A stretch of DNA of 63,449 nucleotides, the filler included, from Basidiobolus meristosporus CBS 931.73 (Eukaryota > Fungi > Basidiobolomycota): assembly GCA_002104905.1 (NCBI GenBank). It is 3 parts of 3 records of this genome, joined end to end, with 100 filler letters (N's around TTAATTAATTAA, not from the genome) between each part and the next. Parts side by side here need not be neighbours in the genome. Positions count along the whole stretch, not along the records: positions 1 to 27,227 come from MCFE01000907.1; 2 more parts are not named here. One strand, 5' to 3'. The notes under the pieces were generated by a model. The model made no database searches. It worked only from the letters and a program-made list of their open reading frames with translations, and was not told the DNA's origin. Shown here one piece after another: positions 1 to 12,651 of the stretch (its first letter is position 1; each line of letters starts with the position of its first letter). The translations under genes were made by a program, and so were the position numbers.

Positions 1-419
1 TGCCAACAAGATAACAGTTGCTTTCACAAGAGTTGGAAGTAGAGCTGATTGAGTTACACTCCTGATATGTATACAAGTTTGCAGAGAAATGCAATTCTTC
101 TACTACAGTCCCCACATCCTCCTTTGTTGACAAAGTGGAGATCTCATTGACAGGCAAAGCAACAATGTCAAATTATTAAGGAACTAGCACATTGTATATA
201 GCGGAATTTTGGAACATCAATAGACACATCAGTAATTTGCCACAATTCTTCAAGAGCGGTGCTCCTGAAGATACACTTGAGTATTGCAAGTATCTGTTCT
301 AAAGACTTGCTGATGTGGTGCTATACTTTGCAGAGCTGTCTGAACACCAGGGCATATGGGAACTAATGAGCACAAAATGGTACAAAGTCATGGGCAAAGG
401 GCATTACAGCAGAATTCCT

Positions 420-517
420 GAAATGGAATTTGGTCAGTATTCTCTGGGATTTAAATGTAACAATCTAAGTGGCTAAGTTAGGTGAGTATATAGGTGGAAT
501 TACAAGTTTTTACAACA
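420..517 (-). repeat. Partial 3' LTR of copia family (host copy A)
   Basis: Matches the right third of the 350-bp copia LTR, ends TTTTACAACA at 517, followed by CTCCCACTCA (reverse-complement PPT) and the pol stop codon. Confidence 0.75.
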
Positions 518-2369
518 CTCCCACTCAGCTAAATGTTCATACTGACTAGTCCTAATTTTGACCTAAGATATTCAAACTTGTCTCCAGCTAATGGTTTGGT
601 AAATATGCCTGCAATCATTACATCTGTAGGACAGTAAGCAAAGCTAACTAAGTTATTCTCTATAGCTTCCCATATGAGATGATGTCTAATATCTATGTGC
701 TTATTTCTAGCATGAAAGGTTGGATCTCTACCTAGCTGTATACATCCTTGATTATCTTGAAATAAAGTAATAGGCATTTTTTGACATTGACCTAAATCTG
801 TATACAGCTTTCTAAACCGCATTGCTTCTTTTGTAGCTTCACAGGCTGCCATGTACTCTGCCTCTGTGGTAGAAAGTGCTACAGTTGGTTGCATTCTTGA
901 ATTCCATGAAATTGCTCTTTTACAGTAAAGAAAGGTGTATCCTGCAGTGGATCTTCTGTCTTCCAAATTTTGTGCCCAATCAGCATTAGAGTATCTCACA
1001 AGATCCTGTTCGGAGTCCTTATAAGTGTATCTTAAGCAGATATCAGCAGTTCCTTTTAGGTATCTAAAAATCTGCTTAACTGCTGCAATATGATCAGATC
1101 CATAGTTCTGATTATATTGGCTGACAACTCCCACTGAATGTGAGATATTGGGATGTGCTCCCGGCATGATATACATCAGACTGCCAACTATAGATTGATA
1201 AGGAAAGTCAGGGCTTTCAGATGGCACCAAGATCTCTTGATTTGGTTGAGTTTTGACCAAGCTAAGGTTTGTCTCCATTAGGGTAGCTGCCGGTATACAG
1301 CCTTCCATTTTGTACTTCTTTAGTATATCTTGAATATACTTGGATTGACTTAGGGTAATAGTCTGAGTATTTCTGTCTATGGAGGACTTAATCCCTAGGT
1401 AGTAACTGAGTTCTCCTAGATCAGACATCTTGAACTCTTTAGATAGGCTGGATTTAGTCTCTTCCAATGTTTCTAGGTTATTGGCGGTGTGGTGGTGTAG
1501 AGGTACTCCTGGGAGAAGCTACACAACTCAAGGTGTGTGAGGTGTCTGATGGGTGCAATAACCTCTGTGTCTAAACTGCTGGTGTCTTTGTCAATATGTT
1601 ACTATGGTAAAAGCTCCTGCTTCTCTAGCTTCCTAGGTGCTCCAAGTGTCTCCAAAGGCCTCTGTGTGTCTTGTGCACTACCCTGAAAAGCTCCTTGATG
1701 GCAGGTCTGAGATGTACTGTTGAAGGCAGGTGCAGTGATCAACTGCTAATCAATAAGGTAGAAGTGTTACTGATAGAAGGGATGATTTATTGATGAGGGA
1801 TTGCTTTCCCTTAAATACTTTTCCTGATTGCCAAGTGATTACTAATGACAAGGTTCTAGAAGATTCTAGGTATCAGTGGAATTCTTGATGACATCACTAC
1901 AAGCTAAAAATATGCCAAGAATGTCCTGGAAGGTTCTAAAAGGCACAGCACTCTCAACCAATCAGGAATCAGTAGTCTGAAACCTGTGCAACATAGAAAT
2001 ACCATATATGGTATTGAAATGATAGAGATTGTAACACAGACCTAGGTCATGTGTCACAGGTACTGACGCGGGTACTTGCCTTATATAGATACATCTACTG
2101 ATCACAAAGCTGAATAACATCTGGGATAACTAATGCTAATAACTAATCAGGGTAAACATCATATGGGGATAATACTGATAATATGGGCAAAAGAAGAATG
2201 GGATAATACTGATAAGATAAAATATGGATAAGTATATCATAATGACTATATGAATAAACTTGTCTGTGGGAGGTATGTTTACCCTACCACATCCACCCCC
2301 CACTTGAGCTAAAAAGTTTCAGGGAACTTTTTAGCTAACCACTGTAAGTTTGGAGAACAAAGTGCTCTC

Positions 2370-4226
2370 TCAGTCTTCCTCAATGAAGCCACCTGTCCTT
2401 TCTTGAGATAGAAATCTACATGATGTCATTGATCGGATATTGTTTGAGTCCACACCACAGAAGGTTGCTGTTAGTCCTGGGCTCTCTGAGTATATAGTAT
2501 ACCATGCTGAACCATCTGGGTAGTTCACTGCAGTTGCTCTTGCTTTTACTTCCCATGGTCTTCCAAGAAGTAATTCAAAGTTAGCCTTTGCACAAATGAA
2601 TACTGGGATCTCATGGGGTATTCCTTCAATGATGAGAGGGAAGCTGTGAATAATTCCTAAAAGCTTTGATTGCCCTGAGTTGGCATCCTTCATGCTCCAA
2701 TTGATATTGGTGTCTATGGGCAATAGGTCTTTGCATGGTAGTTGTTTCCAAGCCTCCAAAGGCATCACACATATCTCAGATCCACTGTCTATATGACATA
2801 GGATTTCTTGATTATGCACAGTTCCTGTAGTTGTTGCAGTTGCCACTGAGTAGTAGTGTTTCTGGCTTTGATGCAGCTTACTGATATCTTGGCTTCCTTG
2901 AACTGTCCTGACCTGGTTGCCTTGAGTTGCTTCAATTGGATGCTTTCTTATTCTGATATGCTCATCCAGAGTCTTTCTTACAGATGGTGATACACTGAGT
3001 AGCTCTCCAACCTTGATTGATATGTTGCTTCCTAGTATATGACTTGTCAGAGCCTCTGGGGTACCATTTTGCTTGACTCTAGGCTGCATGTGGTAGTTGT
3101 TGGCCTTGGCAGACTCTTGCAAAATTAATGGGGGTGATGCTTTCTTCTCAATCACAACTTCTGGCTCACATCTTGGTACTTTTGTTGCTGGGCCTGGATT
3201 AGCCATTTTTTCAGGATGGTGTCTCTTTGAAGCATAAGTTGAAGCTATATGATCTTGGGCCTCTCTGGGGTCCTCATAGTGAAAGTTCAGAACTTCAGCT
3301 GGATCAAAGTAGTCAGGATCTTCTTCTTCATGGAGGTGAACCTTTCTTATATGAGAGGTGACTTGCTTGTAGTGAACTCTCATTCCTCCTTGTCCAAATG
3401 CTGTGGATAATTTGTCACCATGCTTACTGACTATGTATCCCTGAGGACTATATAGGACATCACCTGTGGATAGTAATGACTGAAGCTCTTGACAATTTCT
3501 CTTGGAATGGTTGGCAGAGTCACACCACATGCATGTATATTTGACTTTTTTCTCTACTGGCTTCTGACTATATGCTTTGCTGGCAAGTAGCAGAGAGAGT
3601 TTCTCTAGTTGCTGTGTCAGCTCCTGAATTTGAGTGCTTTGATTGCTGGGATTAAGTATGTCTTGGCTATCTTGGATTTGTTCTGGGCTTGAAAGAAGCT
3701 TTCTGATTGGTGAGGTTTCTTCAGGGGCAAATAGAATCTGCTTAGCTAACTGAAATGCAGGCAGTGAACTCATAGCTTTCACAGTAGGATTGTTTTCAAT
3801 CCTTCTCACCAGGTCTTCTGGTAGTGCTCTGAGAAGATAGGCAGATAAAGTGAGATCAGTTATAACTCCTTGGGCTTTCAGTGACTCTCCAATTTGCTCA
3901 AGGCCACTCAGGTATTCTTTCAATGGTAGCAGCTTAAACTTGCAATAAGCAAAGTTCTCCAAGTCTTGAAGTGTGTAGTCAACTTGTCTCTCTCCATATT
4001 CATCAATCAAGTAGCTCTTCAAGAGGGTCCAATTTGTCAGCAGATCATTTCTCTCATATAATGAGAGCATGATCTCATCAGTGCTGTAGGGGGGCATCTC
4101 TTCAGCCATAATGGCCTCAGGTATTTTGTGGGCTCTGCAGAAAAGCTCCCACCTCTTGATGAAAGCTTTAACTTTGGTTCCATCAAAGAAAGGAGTTCCT
4201 TGCATTCCTGGTAAAGGTAGATCCAT
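2370..4226 (-). CDS. Gag-aspartic protease polyprotein, 618 aa, no RT/IN
   Basis: CCHC knuckle CMWCDSANHSKRNC, retropepsin motifs IDSGSEI and LLLGRPW. The stop lies ~70 bp before the PPT. Confidence 0.85.
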   Translation of the reverse strand: MDLPLPGMQGTPFFDGTKVKAFIKRWELFCRAHKIPEAIMAEEMPPYSTDEIMLSLYERNDLLTNWTLLKSYLIDEYGERQVDYTLQDLENFAYCKFKLLPLKEYLSGLEQIGESLKAQGVITDLTLSAYLLRALPEDLVRRIENNPTVKAMSSLPAFQLAKQILFAPEETSPIRKLLSSPEQIQDSQDILNPSNQSTQIQELTQQLEKLSLLLASKAYSQKPVEKKVKYTCMWCDSANHSKRNCQELQSLLSTGDVLYSPQGYIVSKHGDKLSTAFGQGGMRVHYKQVTSHIRKVHLHEEEDPDYFDPAEVLNFHYEDPREAQDHIASTYASKRHHPEKMANPGPATKVPRCEPEVVIEKKASPPLILQESAKANNYHMQPRVKQNGTPEALTSHILGSNISIKVGELLSVSPSVRKTLDEHIRIRKHPIEATQGNQVRTVQGSQDISKLHQSQKHYYSVATATTTGTVHNQEILCHIDSGSEICVMPLEAWKQLPCKDLLPIDTNINWSMKDANSGQSKLLGIIHSFPLIIEGIPHEIPVFICAKANFELLLGRPWEVKARATAVNYPDGSAWYTIYSESPGLTATFCGVDSNNIRSMTSCRFLSQERTGGFIEED

Positions 4227-4278
4227 GGTCTTGATAATTTGTTCTTTCTTAAGTCTTCTAGGGGCAGTTCAGTCAAAC

Positions 4279-4296
4279 CCCCCACGTTGGGTGCCA
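4279..4296 (-). promoter_or_regulatory. Primer-binding site, tRNA-Lys type
   Basis: Minus strand TGGCACCCAACGTGGGGG, 4 nt after the 5' LTR. The canonical tRNA-Lys1,2 PBS is TGGCGCCCAACGTGGGGC; one difference is a CG->CA change. Confidence 0.75.
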
Positions 4297-6390
4297 AATA
4301 TGTGGTGGTGTAGAGGTACTCCTGGGAGAAGCTACACAACTCAAGGTGTGTGAGGTGTCTGATGGGTGCAATAACCTCTGTGTCTAAACTGCTGGTGTCT
4401 TTGTCAATATGTTACTATGGTAAAAGCTCCTGCTTCTCTAGCTTCCTAGGTGCTCCAAGTGTCTCCAAAGGCCTCTGTGTGTCTTGTGCACTACCCTGAA
4501 AAGCTCCTTGATGGCAGGTCTGAGATGTACTGTTGAAGGCAGGTGCAGTGATCAACTGCTAATCAATAAGGTAGAAGTGTTACTGATAGAAGGGATGATT
4601 TATTGATGAGGGATTGCTTTCCCTTAAATACTTTTCCTGATTGCCAAGTGATTACTAATGACAAGGTTCTAGAAGATTCTAGGTATCAGTGGAATTCTTG
4701 ATGACATCACTACAAGCTAAAAATATGCCAAGAATGTCCTGGAAGGTTCTAAAAGGCACAGCACTCTCAACCAATCAGGAATCAGTAGTCTGAAACCTGT
4801 GCAACATAGAAATACCATATATGGTATTGAAATGATAGAGATTGTAACACAGACCTAGGTCATGTGTCACAGGTACTGACGCGGGTACTTGCCTTATATA
4901 GATACATCTACTGATCACAAAGCTGAATAACATCTGGGATAACTAATGCTAATAACTAATCAGGGTAAACATCATATGGGGATAATACTGATAATATGGG
5001 CAAAAGAAGAATGGGATAATACTGATAAGATAAAATATGGATAAGTATATCATAATGACTATATGAATAAACTTGTCTGTGGGAGGTATGTTTACCCTAC
5101 CACAGCGGCTATAATAAGATCATCCATATATTGAGCTAATAGAATTGAATTTGCTCTATCTGGCTTATAGTATATACTATAGTCAGCATTACTCCTTTTG
5201 AAACTCAAAGATTCCAAATAAGAATCTATATTGAAATTCCAGGCTTTTGGCAATTGTTTGAGACCATATAGTGACTTTTTAAGCTTGCAGCCCAAATGGG
5301 GCTTATCTTGGTCAACACACCCACCGGGCTGGTCCATTTACAAATCCTCATCAGGTTCTTCATCCAAAAATGTAGTTTTCACATCCATTTGATGAATAGA
5401 AAACTTATATATGGCTGCAATAGCCAATATTAATCTGATGGAATTAAACTTGGCTACCAGCGCAAAGGTCTCAATATAGTCAAGTCCTTTTGTTTGAGAG
5501 TATTGTTTGGCCACAAGTCTTGCTTTGTATCTTTGAATTGTACTATCAGCCTTGTGTTTTGTCTTGAAGACCCATCTGCATCCAATTGATTTGTGGTTGA
5601 TTGGTATTTTGACTAAGTCCCAGGTTTGATTTTCCATCTGGGCCTGATATTCCTCAGTCATTGCAGATCTCCAGAACTTTGTCTGAGGGCAATTTAGGGC
5701 CTCTTTTACAGTCTGGGGTTCATATATATGGACTGAATAGGCATAGGCTAAGTTTGTATCCTCATTGATGTAGTAATTTAGGCTATTTCTTGTGGATTGC
5801 TGGGCATTTGATACTGGAATGATCACTTCTGGGATATTCCTGGGTACTGATTCTGGCTGAACCACGGTTGTAGAGTCCTCTGGAGTGAGAAAATATCATT
5901 GTTTTGCCCTGATTCAATCCTGACAATTGGTGGTCTTGAGATCAGATTTTTGTCATAATATGATGTCATTTTTTGTGAAAATTTTGAATTTTCATCAAAT
6001 AACACATCCCTAGGCTTGATTAGCTTCTTTGCTTTGGTATTGTAGAGTCTGCAGGCTTTACTCTTATTACAGTAGCTTAAAAATATGCATTTTACACTTT
6101 TTGGCTCAAGTTTTAACTGATTTCTGGGTGGTTTCTTGGCATATGCTGTACACCCAAATATTCGTAGATGCTCTGCACTTGTTCTGTATCCATACCATGC
6201 TTCAAATGGAGTAGAATCACAAAGCTCTCTGCTATAACTCCTATTTTTAAGATATACAGCAGTGGCAACTGATTTTGCCCAAAAATCATTGGATAATTTT
6301 TGATCATGGATCATAGATCTTGCCATATCAATTATTGATCTGTTAGCACATTCTGCTACTCCATTCTGCTGTGGGGAGTATAGTACAGTG

Positions 6391-9300
6391 TGTTGTAAAG
6401 ATTTGTAATTCCACCTAAGTATTCACCTAACTTAGTGACTTAGATCATTACCCTCAGATCCTAGAGAATACTGACCATATCCCTTGTCAGGATTTACTTG
6501 GAGTATTCTCACCAAATTACCAGGTACCCAGAACATGAAAATTTTCAAAGTTGTCCAAACAGCCCCAAACTTTGCACGCATGTTCTTGGGGCCTTCCTTA
6601 ACCTATTCCACAAGTTTGTAATGCCAAGACCAGGTAAAAGTATAAATACTACTTTTACATTCAATAAATCATCAAGTGAAAACCACATAATCTACTTTCT
6701 CTCCCAATCACTTCCAATATCTCCAAGACTTGTACAACATTTTATGAACCCTGAGCTGTCAGAAGAAGCTAATACAGACCAAGTGCAGAACACCCAAGAG
6801 AATTTGGGTGTACAGAATTTACTAAGAAACTACCTGAAAATCAGTCAATATTTGTGCCAAAAAGTGTAAAATGCATATTTTTGGGCTACTGCAATGACAG
6901 TAGAGCATACAGACTCTACAATACCAAAGCAAAGAAGCTAATCCAGTCTAGGGATATATTGTTTGATGAAAATTCAAATTTTTCACCAAAAATGAGTTCA
7001 TATGAAGCAGAAAATATGATCTCAAGTCCACCAATAGTCAGGATTGAATCATAGCAAAACAATGAGAGCATTTTCACTCCAGAGGACTCTACAACTATGG
7101 TTCAGCTCTAATCTGTGCCCAGCAATATCCCAGAGGTCATTGTTTTATTATCAAATGCCAGGAGATCCAACCAGACAAGATATGGCCCTAATTACCAATG
7201 AGGGTACAAACTTAGCCTATCCCTATTCAGTCCATATTAACAAGCCCTGGACTGTAAAAGAGGCCCTAAATTGCCCACAGATGAAGTTTTGGAGGTCTAC
7301 AATGACTGAGGATTATCAGGATCTGATGGAAAATCATACTTGGGACTTAGTCAACTCACCAATAAAGCAAAAGTCAATTGGATGCAGATAGGTCTTTAAG
7401 ATAAAGTACAAGGCTGAAGGTACAGTTGTAAGATACAAAGCAAGACTTGTGGCCAAAGTTAAATCACCAGTCCATCAAATGGATGCAGATTGGCCTTTAA
7501 GACAAAGTACAAGGGTAATGGTACAGTTGAAAGATACAAAGTAAGACTTGTGGCCAAAGAATACTCTCAAACAAAAGGACCTGACTAAGCTGAGACCTTT
7601 GCACCAGTAGCCAAGTTTAACTCCATCAGATTGATATTGGCTATTGCAGCCAAATAAAAGCTTTTCATAAATCAAATAGATGTAAAAGCTGCATTTTTGA
7701 TTGGGGCACTTCATGAGGATGTATATATGAACTAGCCTCCTTGGCTTGCTGACCAGGATAGCCCCCCTTTTGTCTGCAAGCATAAAAAGTCTTTATATGA
7801 ACCCAAACAATCACTGAGAGCCTGGAATTGCAAAATAGATTCTTATTTAGAGTTGTTGAGTCTTGAAAGAAGAAATGTTGACTATTATATACTGTAAGCC
7901 AGATAGAATAAATCCAGTTCTATTAGCTTTATATTTGGATAATCATATTATAGCCACCAACAACTTAGCAACATCAGCAAAGACTAAATCTAGCCTATCT
8001 AGAGAATTCATGATGTCCATTCTAGGACAACTTGGTTGCCACTTAGGTATAAAGTTATCCATAGACATAAGTGTGAGTACTAAATGCAGTACCCACTCTT
8101 TGCCCAAGAGTTCTCCCCGGAGTCCTACCCAAAGTCCCCCAGTATCCTCCCTAGGATTCCCCCACGCGCCCTCCCTCCTATCCCTGCCCTTATCTAGTTA
8201 GAGCACTTACCATAACAGGAAGGTGTTCACACCCCTATTTTATAGCACATTGTCTATTATCTGAGCCCCCAAGTGATATATATCTACCCAATTGAACCAA
8301 GCAAGGAAGGAGATTTGGGACAAAATAAACACAAGTCTTTATTACCTTGCTACCTTCTATTGGAAGCTATTCTGAACCAAGTGGTACTGACTTGACCTAC
8401 AAGCTCTCCCACTCACCAAGTACAGTCAGTAATAACCCACAATAAGTACCCAGACTATCACCCTAAGCCAATATAAATATATAGAAGATACACTAAATAA
8501 GTAACAAACAGAAGACTGTAAATCAGCAGCTACCCCAATGGAGACAAACCTTAACTTGGTCAAAATTCAGCCGAATCAAGAGATCTTAGTGCCATCTGAA
8601 AGCCCTGAGTTTCCTTATCAATCTTTGGTTGGCAGTCAGATATATAGCATGCTTGGAACATGTCCAGATATCTATTACTTAGTGTTAATTGTCAGCCGGG
8701 CATAATCACAACTATGGATCTGATCATATTGCAGCAGTTAAGCAGATTTTTAGATAGCTACAAGGAACTGTTGATATCTGCTGAAGATACACTTATAAGA
8801 ATTTAGAAAAGAGTCTTGTGGGATACTCTGATGCTGATTTGGGACAAAATTAGAATACAGAGATCCACCACAGGATACACCTTTGCTTAATGTCAAGGAG
8901 CATTTTCAGGGATTTCAAAAAAGCTAACAGCCATTACACTTTCCATCACAGAGGCAGAGTATATGGCAGCCAGTGAAGTTACAAAAGAAGCAATATGCTT
9001 ATGAAAGCTTTTTACAGATTTAGGCCTACGTAAAAAAATGCCGATTACGTTATTTCAAGATAATCCTGGATGTGTACAATTAGGTAGAAATGCAACTTTT
9101 CACACTAGATTTAAGCACAAAGATATAAGACATCATCTCATATGTGCAGCTATAGAGAATAGGTTGGTTAGCTCAGTTTACTGTCTTTCAGATAAGATGA
9201 TTGCAGATATATTTACCAAACCATTAGCTAGTGACAAGTTTGAATATATTAGGTTGAAGCTGAGACTAGTAGGTATGAACATTTAGCTAGGTGGGAGTGT

Positions 9301-9646
9301 TGTTAAAGCTTGCAAATCCACCTAAATATTCACCTAACTTAGTTACTTAGATTATTACCTTTAAATCCTAGAGAATACTGACCAAATTCCTTGTCAGGAT
9401 TTACTTGGAAAATTTTCACCCAAATACCAGGTACCCAGAACATGAAAATTCTCAAAGTTGTCCTTACAGCCCCAAACTCAGCACAAATGTTCCTAAGACC
9501 TTCCATAGTGTATTCTATGTGTTTGTTATGCCAAGACCCTGTAAACATATATATACTACTTTTACATTCAATAATTCATTAAGTGAAAACTTCATAATCT
9601 GCTTGCACTCCAAGTCAATTCCAATATTTCCAAGACTCTTACAACA
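6391..9646 (+). mobile_element. Old, internally deleted copia copy with both LTRs
   Basis: LTRs 6391-6739 and 9298-9646, degenerate PBS after 6739, PPT GGTGGGAG before 9298, integrase/RT/RNaseH fragments between. No matching TSD. Confidence 0.8.
8072..8441. mobile_element. Solo LTR of a third LTR family (370 bp)
   Basis: TGTG...CACA ends and a perfect 5-bp TSD ATAAG (8067-8071, 8442-8446). Removing it restores the copia RT sequence. Confidence 0.75.
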
Positions 9647-11422
9647 CCAACAGCACATGTGCAAGTTTGAGGATTCTAGAATAACGTACCTACTGACTGA
9701 ACTGGTGCTCTTGTTTTATATGTATATGGACTGGTTTATCTGCATTGTACCTTCAAATGTTACTGAATCCTAGATTATACTGACCTACTCAAGTCCCTGT
9801 GCCCCAATAATATTGAATCCAGCCCTGCAATCAACAAATACCTCCATCAAGTCTACCATTCTGTCAGAGCCTCTGCCTTATTGTCCTTTGCTCATGTTTT
9901 TGGTAGGAACCCTGAGACTATACATTGTTGTTAGGCTTATGAAGATAATTAAATAGATCCCTTCTGAAGACCAATTCAGTTCTAAGCTTTGCAACTAGGA
10001 GATATTGACACCTTTAGGATGCCATGCATAATCATTGGAAAAAAGTGCACCTTAGATTTCAAAAAAGACTTGATCAAAATTCTTCAACATGATGAGCCCT
10101 AAATTACTTGTGATTAGTTTTATGCCAATTCTCTCACTTTCTGATTCCATACACTCAATCAACTCCTACATTTGTACACATTGACTGGCAGTTGTCTTTT
10201 TTGTTGTAAGAGTCTTGGAGATGTTGGAAATGATTTGGAGAACAAGTAGATTGTGTGGTTTTCACTCAATAATATATTCAATGTAACAGTAGTACTTATA
10301 CTTTTGCATGATTTTGGCATAACAGATGCAAAGAATGGGCTTAGGAAGGTCCCAAGGACATGTGTGCAAGGATTAGGGCTGTTAGAACAACCATGAGTAT
10401 TTTCATGTTCTGAGTACCTAATATTTAGTGAAAATATTTTAAATTTATCTTTACAAAGATCTTAGTCAGTATTCTTTAGGATTTGAAGGTGTTAATCTGA
10501 GTAGAAAGTAAGGTGCGTATTTAGGTGGAAATATAAATCTTTACAACACTCCCACTCAACTAAATGTTAATACTCACTAGTCCTAATTTTGACCTAAGAT
10601 ATTGAAACTTGTCTCCAGCTAATGGTTTGGAATATAGACTTGTTCCATTGTATCATGCCTGGGTGCATGATGCAATCAACGGTTGCAAATAACAATTGGG
10701 TGCAGTATCTTGGCTACCAGTAGGCAGGATTGCTCTGGGACAATTTTGTACTAGGTGGGATGATCTTGCACCCTATGGCACAATCTAACATGATGGGGTT
10801 GGCACAAACAATTGTGCCCATGTCCAATGTTTGCATCATGCATATCACACTATAAGCTATACTTATATTTACCATTTTGACTACCATCCCTCCAATTGGA
10901 TGGTATGTCAATGGCCAATTGGTCTAAAAGTATCCTGAAGCTCTTATCCCCCAATTGGCTCATTGACCAATACAAAAGCAACCTGATTTGCCATTAAATA
11001 TCACATTTTGCCATTGAGCAAGTAAATCACTCAGCATAGTGGTTGGACAAGGTGTCATAGCAAGCATGCTACCAATTGTTTAGGTGCAAATCTGACCAAA
11101 TAGCTGCACTGGTGTTACAGATGATATATACAGATGCAGGGTGTTTATTATAGGTGCTCTGTCTCAAATGCAAGACAACCTTGATTTTACTTATGACAAA
11201 ATTTTTTTGGTCACTGATTAACAATGGCTTCATTTGGATTGCAAAAAAAAGCATTATTTAGATCATGACAAATGGTAACAATTCCATGCAAGTGCATCAT
11301 CTTCTACTAGATTTCTTTCTTGCAGGTATTACTACTGAAGTATTGGGTAGTGGCTCACTTTGCACACCTGAACTACTTCCTTGTTGACTATCATATTGGC
11401 TACTTGTGTACTTGTAGTCAGT

Positions 11423-12153
11423 AGACTTGTTCCATTGGATAATGCCACATTGAGCCATGAGTGCCAAATGATGCCATGGTGTGCAAGAGGGGCCAAGTGA
11501 ACCTACACTTGATCACAGAATGTGAAGCATTGCTCTGCATCTTCATGCAAAGTAGCCCCTGTGTTTCAATTATGATGGAGGAGAAAATCCATTTTTTGAT
11601 GTTTTTTTGTGGATCAATGTTGTGCAGGATGTGTAAGAGCACAAAAGGATTGAAGATATGCATCTGATACTCTATACCCATGGCACTTTGAATCTAGCTC
11701 CTGTGGCTTGTAACATGTCACAAAAATGCATGGCACTATCTTGGTCCACTGGTACTATCTGGCACTATAAGTGCTTTCTATTGATCTTACTTTAGGGCTA
11801 ATAATTAAATATAGTGCTAGATAGTACCAGTGGACCAAGAGTGCCATGCATTTTTGTGACATGTTACAAGCCACAGGAGCTAGATTCAGAGTGCCATGGG
11901 CATTGAGTACCTGATGGATGTCTACAGTACTTCTGTGCTCTTACACATCCTGTACAACATTGACCTAAAAAAAAGGTCAAGAAATGATTTTTCTCCAACA
12001 CAATGGGTGAAACACAGATGCTGCTTTGCATGAAGAAGCAGAGCTATGTTTTACACTCTGTGGCCAAGTATAGGCTCACTTGTCCTCCCTGGCACACTGT
12101 GGCATCATTTGGCACTCATGGCTCAATGTTGCACTATCCAACGGAACAAGTCT
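11423..12153. mobile_element. Foldback / long-TIR non-autonomous DNA transposon (731 bp)
   Basis: Ends AGACTTGTTCC...GGAACAAGTCT, TSD AGT (11420-11422, 12154-12156). Arms of ~345 bp are inverted around a 40-bp spacer (11770-11809). Confidence 0.85.
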
Positions 12154-12440
12154 AGTATTTTGCCTCCTAGTTGATGAGTGTAATGCCAGAGCTTGGCCAT
12201 GCCAAATTGCTCCAGACAATATAATGGAATTAGCCTGAAGTGCTGTGCACTGACACATTGTTTTACTTACCAAACGCTCCAGTGGTGAAGGCACTTCATG
12301 TGGATCATTGTCCGTCAGTTCACCAGAAGTTAGTTGCTGATGTTCAGGTGTACTGGCACATGCAGGCACAACTTGATGAGTTGGCATAGCCCTTGGCCCT
12401 AAGATATTCAAACTTGTCTCAAGCTAATGGTTTGGTTAAT

Positions 12441-12651
12441 AGACTTGTTCCATTGTGCCATTGATTGTAGTGCCAGAAAGTGCTGTATATTTTGTTATGA
12501 ATTTGATATTTTAGGGTCATATGCATGTCAATTCTGATCCCAAATTGGCACTGTATGGCACCATCTGGCACTCTGTGGCATGATCAGGCAACATCTGGCA
12601 TGCTATGGCTCTATTGGGCACTATGATCAGCTGGAATGATGGAACAAGTCC
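12441..12651. mobile_element. MITE of the same AGACTTGTTCCA TIR family (211 bp)
   Basis: TIR GACTTGTTCCAT/ATGGAACAAGTC, TSD AAT (12438-12440, 12652-12654), inserted in the copia RNaseH region. A third left end lies at 10636. Confidence 0.75.

Larger units (their letters stand above)
1488..5104 (-). mobile_element. Non-autonomous Ty3/gypsy-like LTR retrotransposon (Gag-protease only), 3617 bp
   Basis: 804-bp LTRs at 1488-2291 and 4301-5104 (TGTGGT...ACCACA, identical by eye). 4-bp TSD GCGG at 1484-1487 and 5105-5108. PBS 4279-4296, PPT 2292-2301. Single internal ORF. Confidence 0.93.
529..6390 (-). pseudogene. Decayed Ty1/copia pol (integrase-RT-RNaseH), split by the 1488-5104 insertion
   Basis: ORFs 529-1467 (RT end and RNaseH: YSNADW, DNQG, KHIDIRHH), 5092-5865 (RT) and 5823-6326 (integrase) align to the intact 23699-27227 protein, with stops and frameshifts. 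Confidence 0.92.

Noticed and set aside
1-420. CpG-poor segment with broken reading frames at the window start
   Set aside because: Probably a TE relic, but no motif could be assigned.
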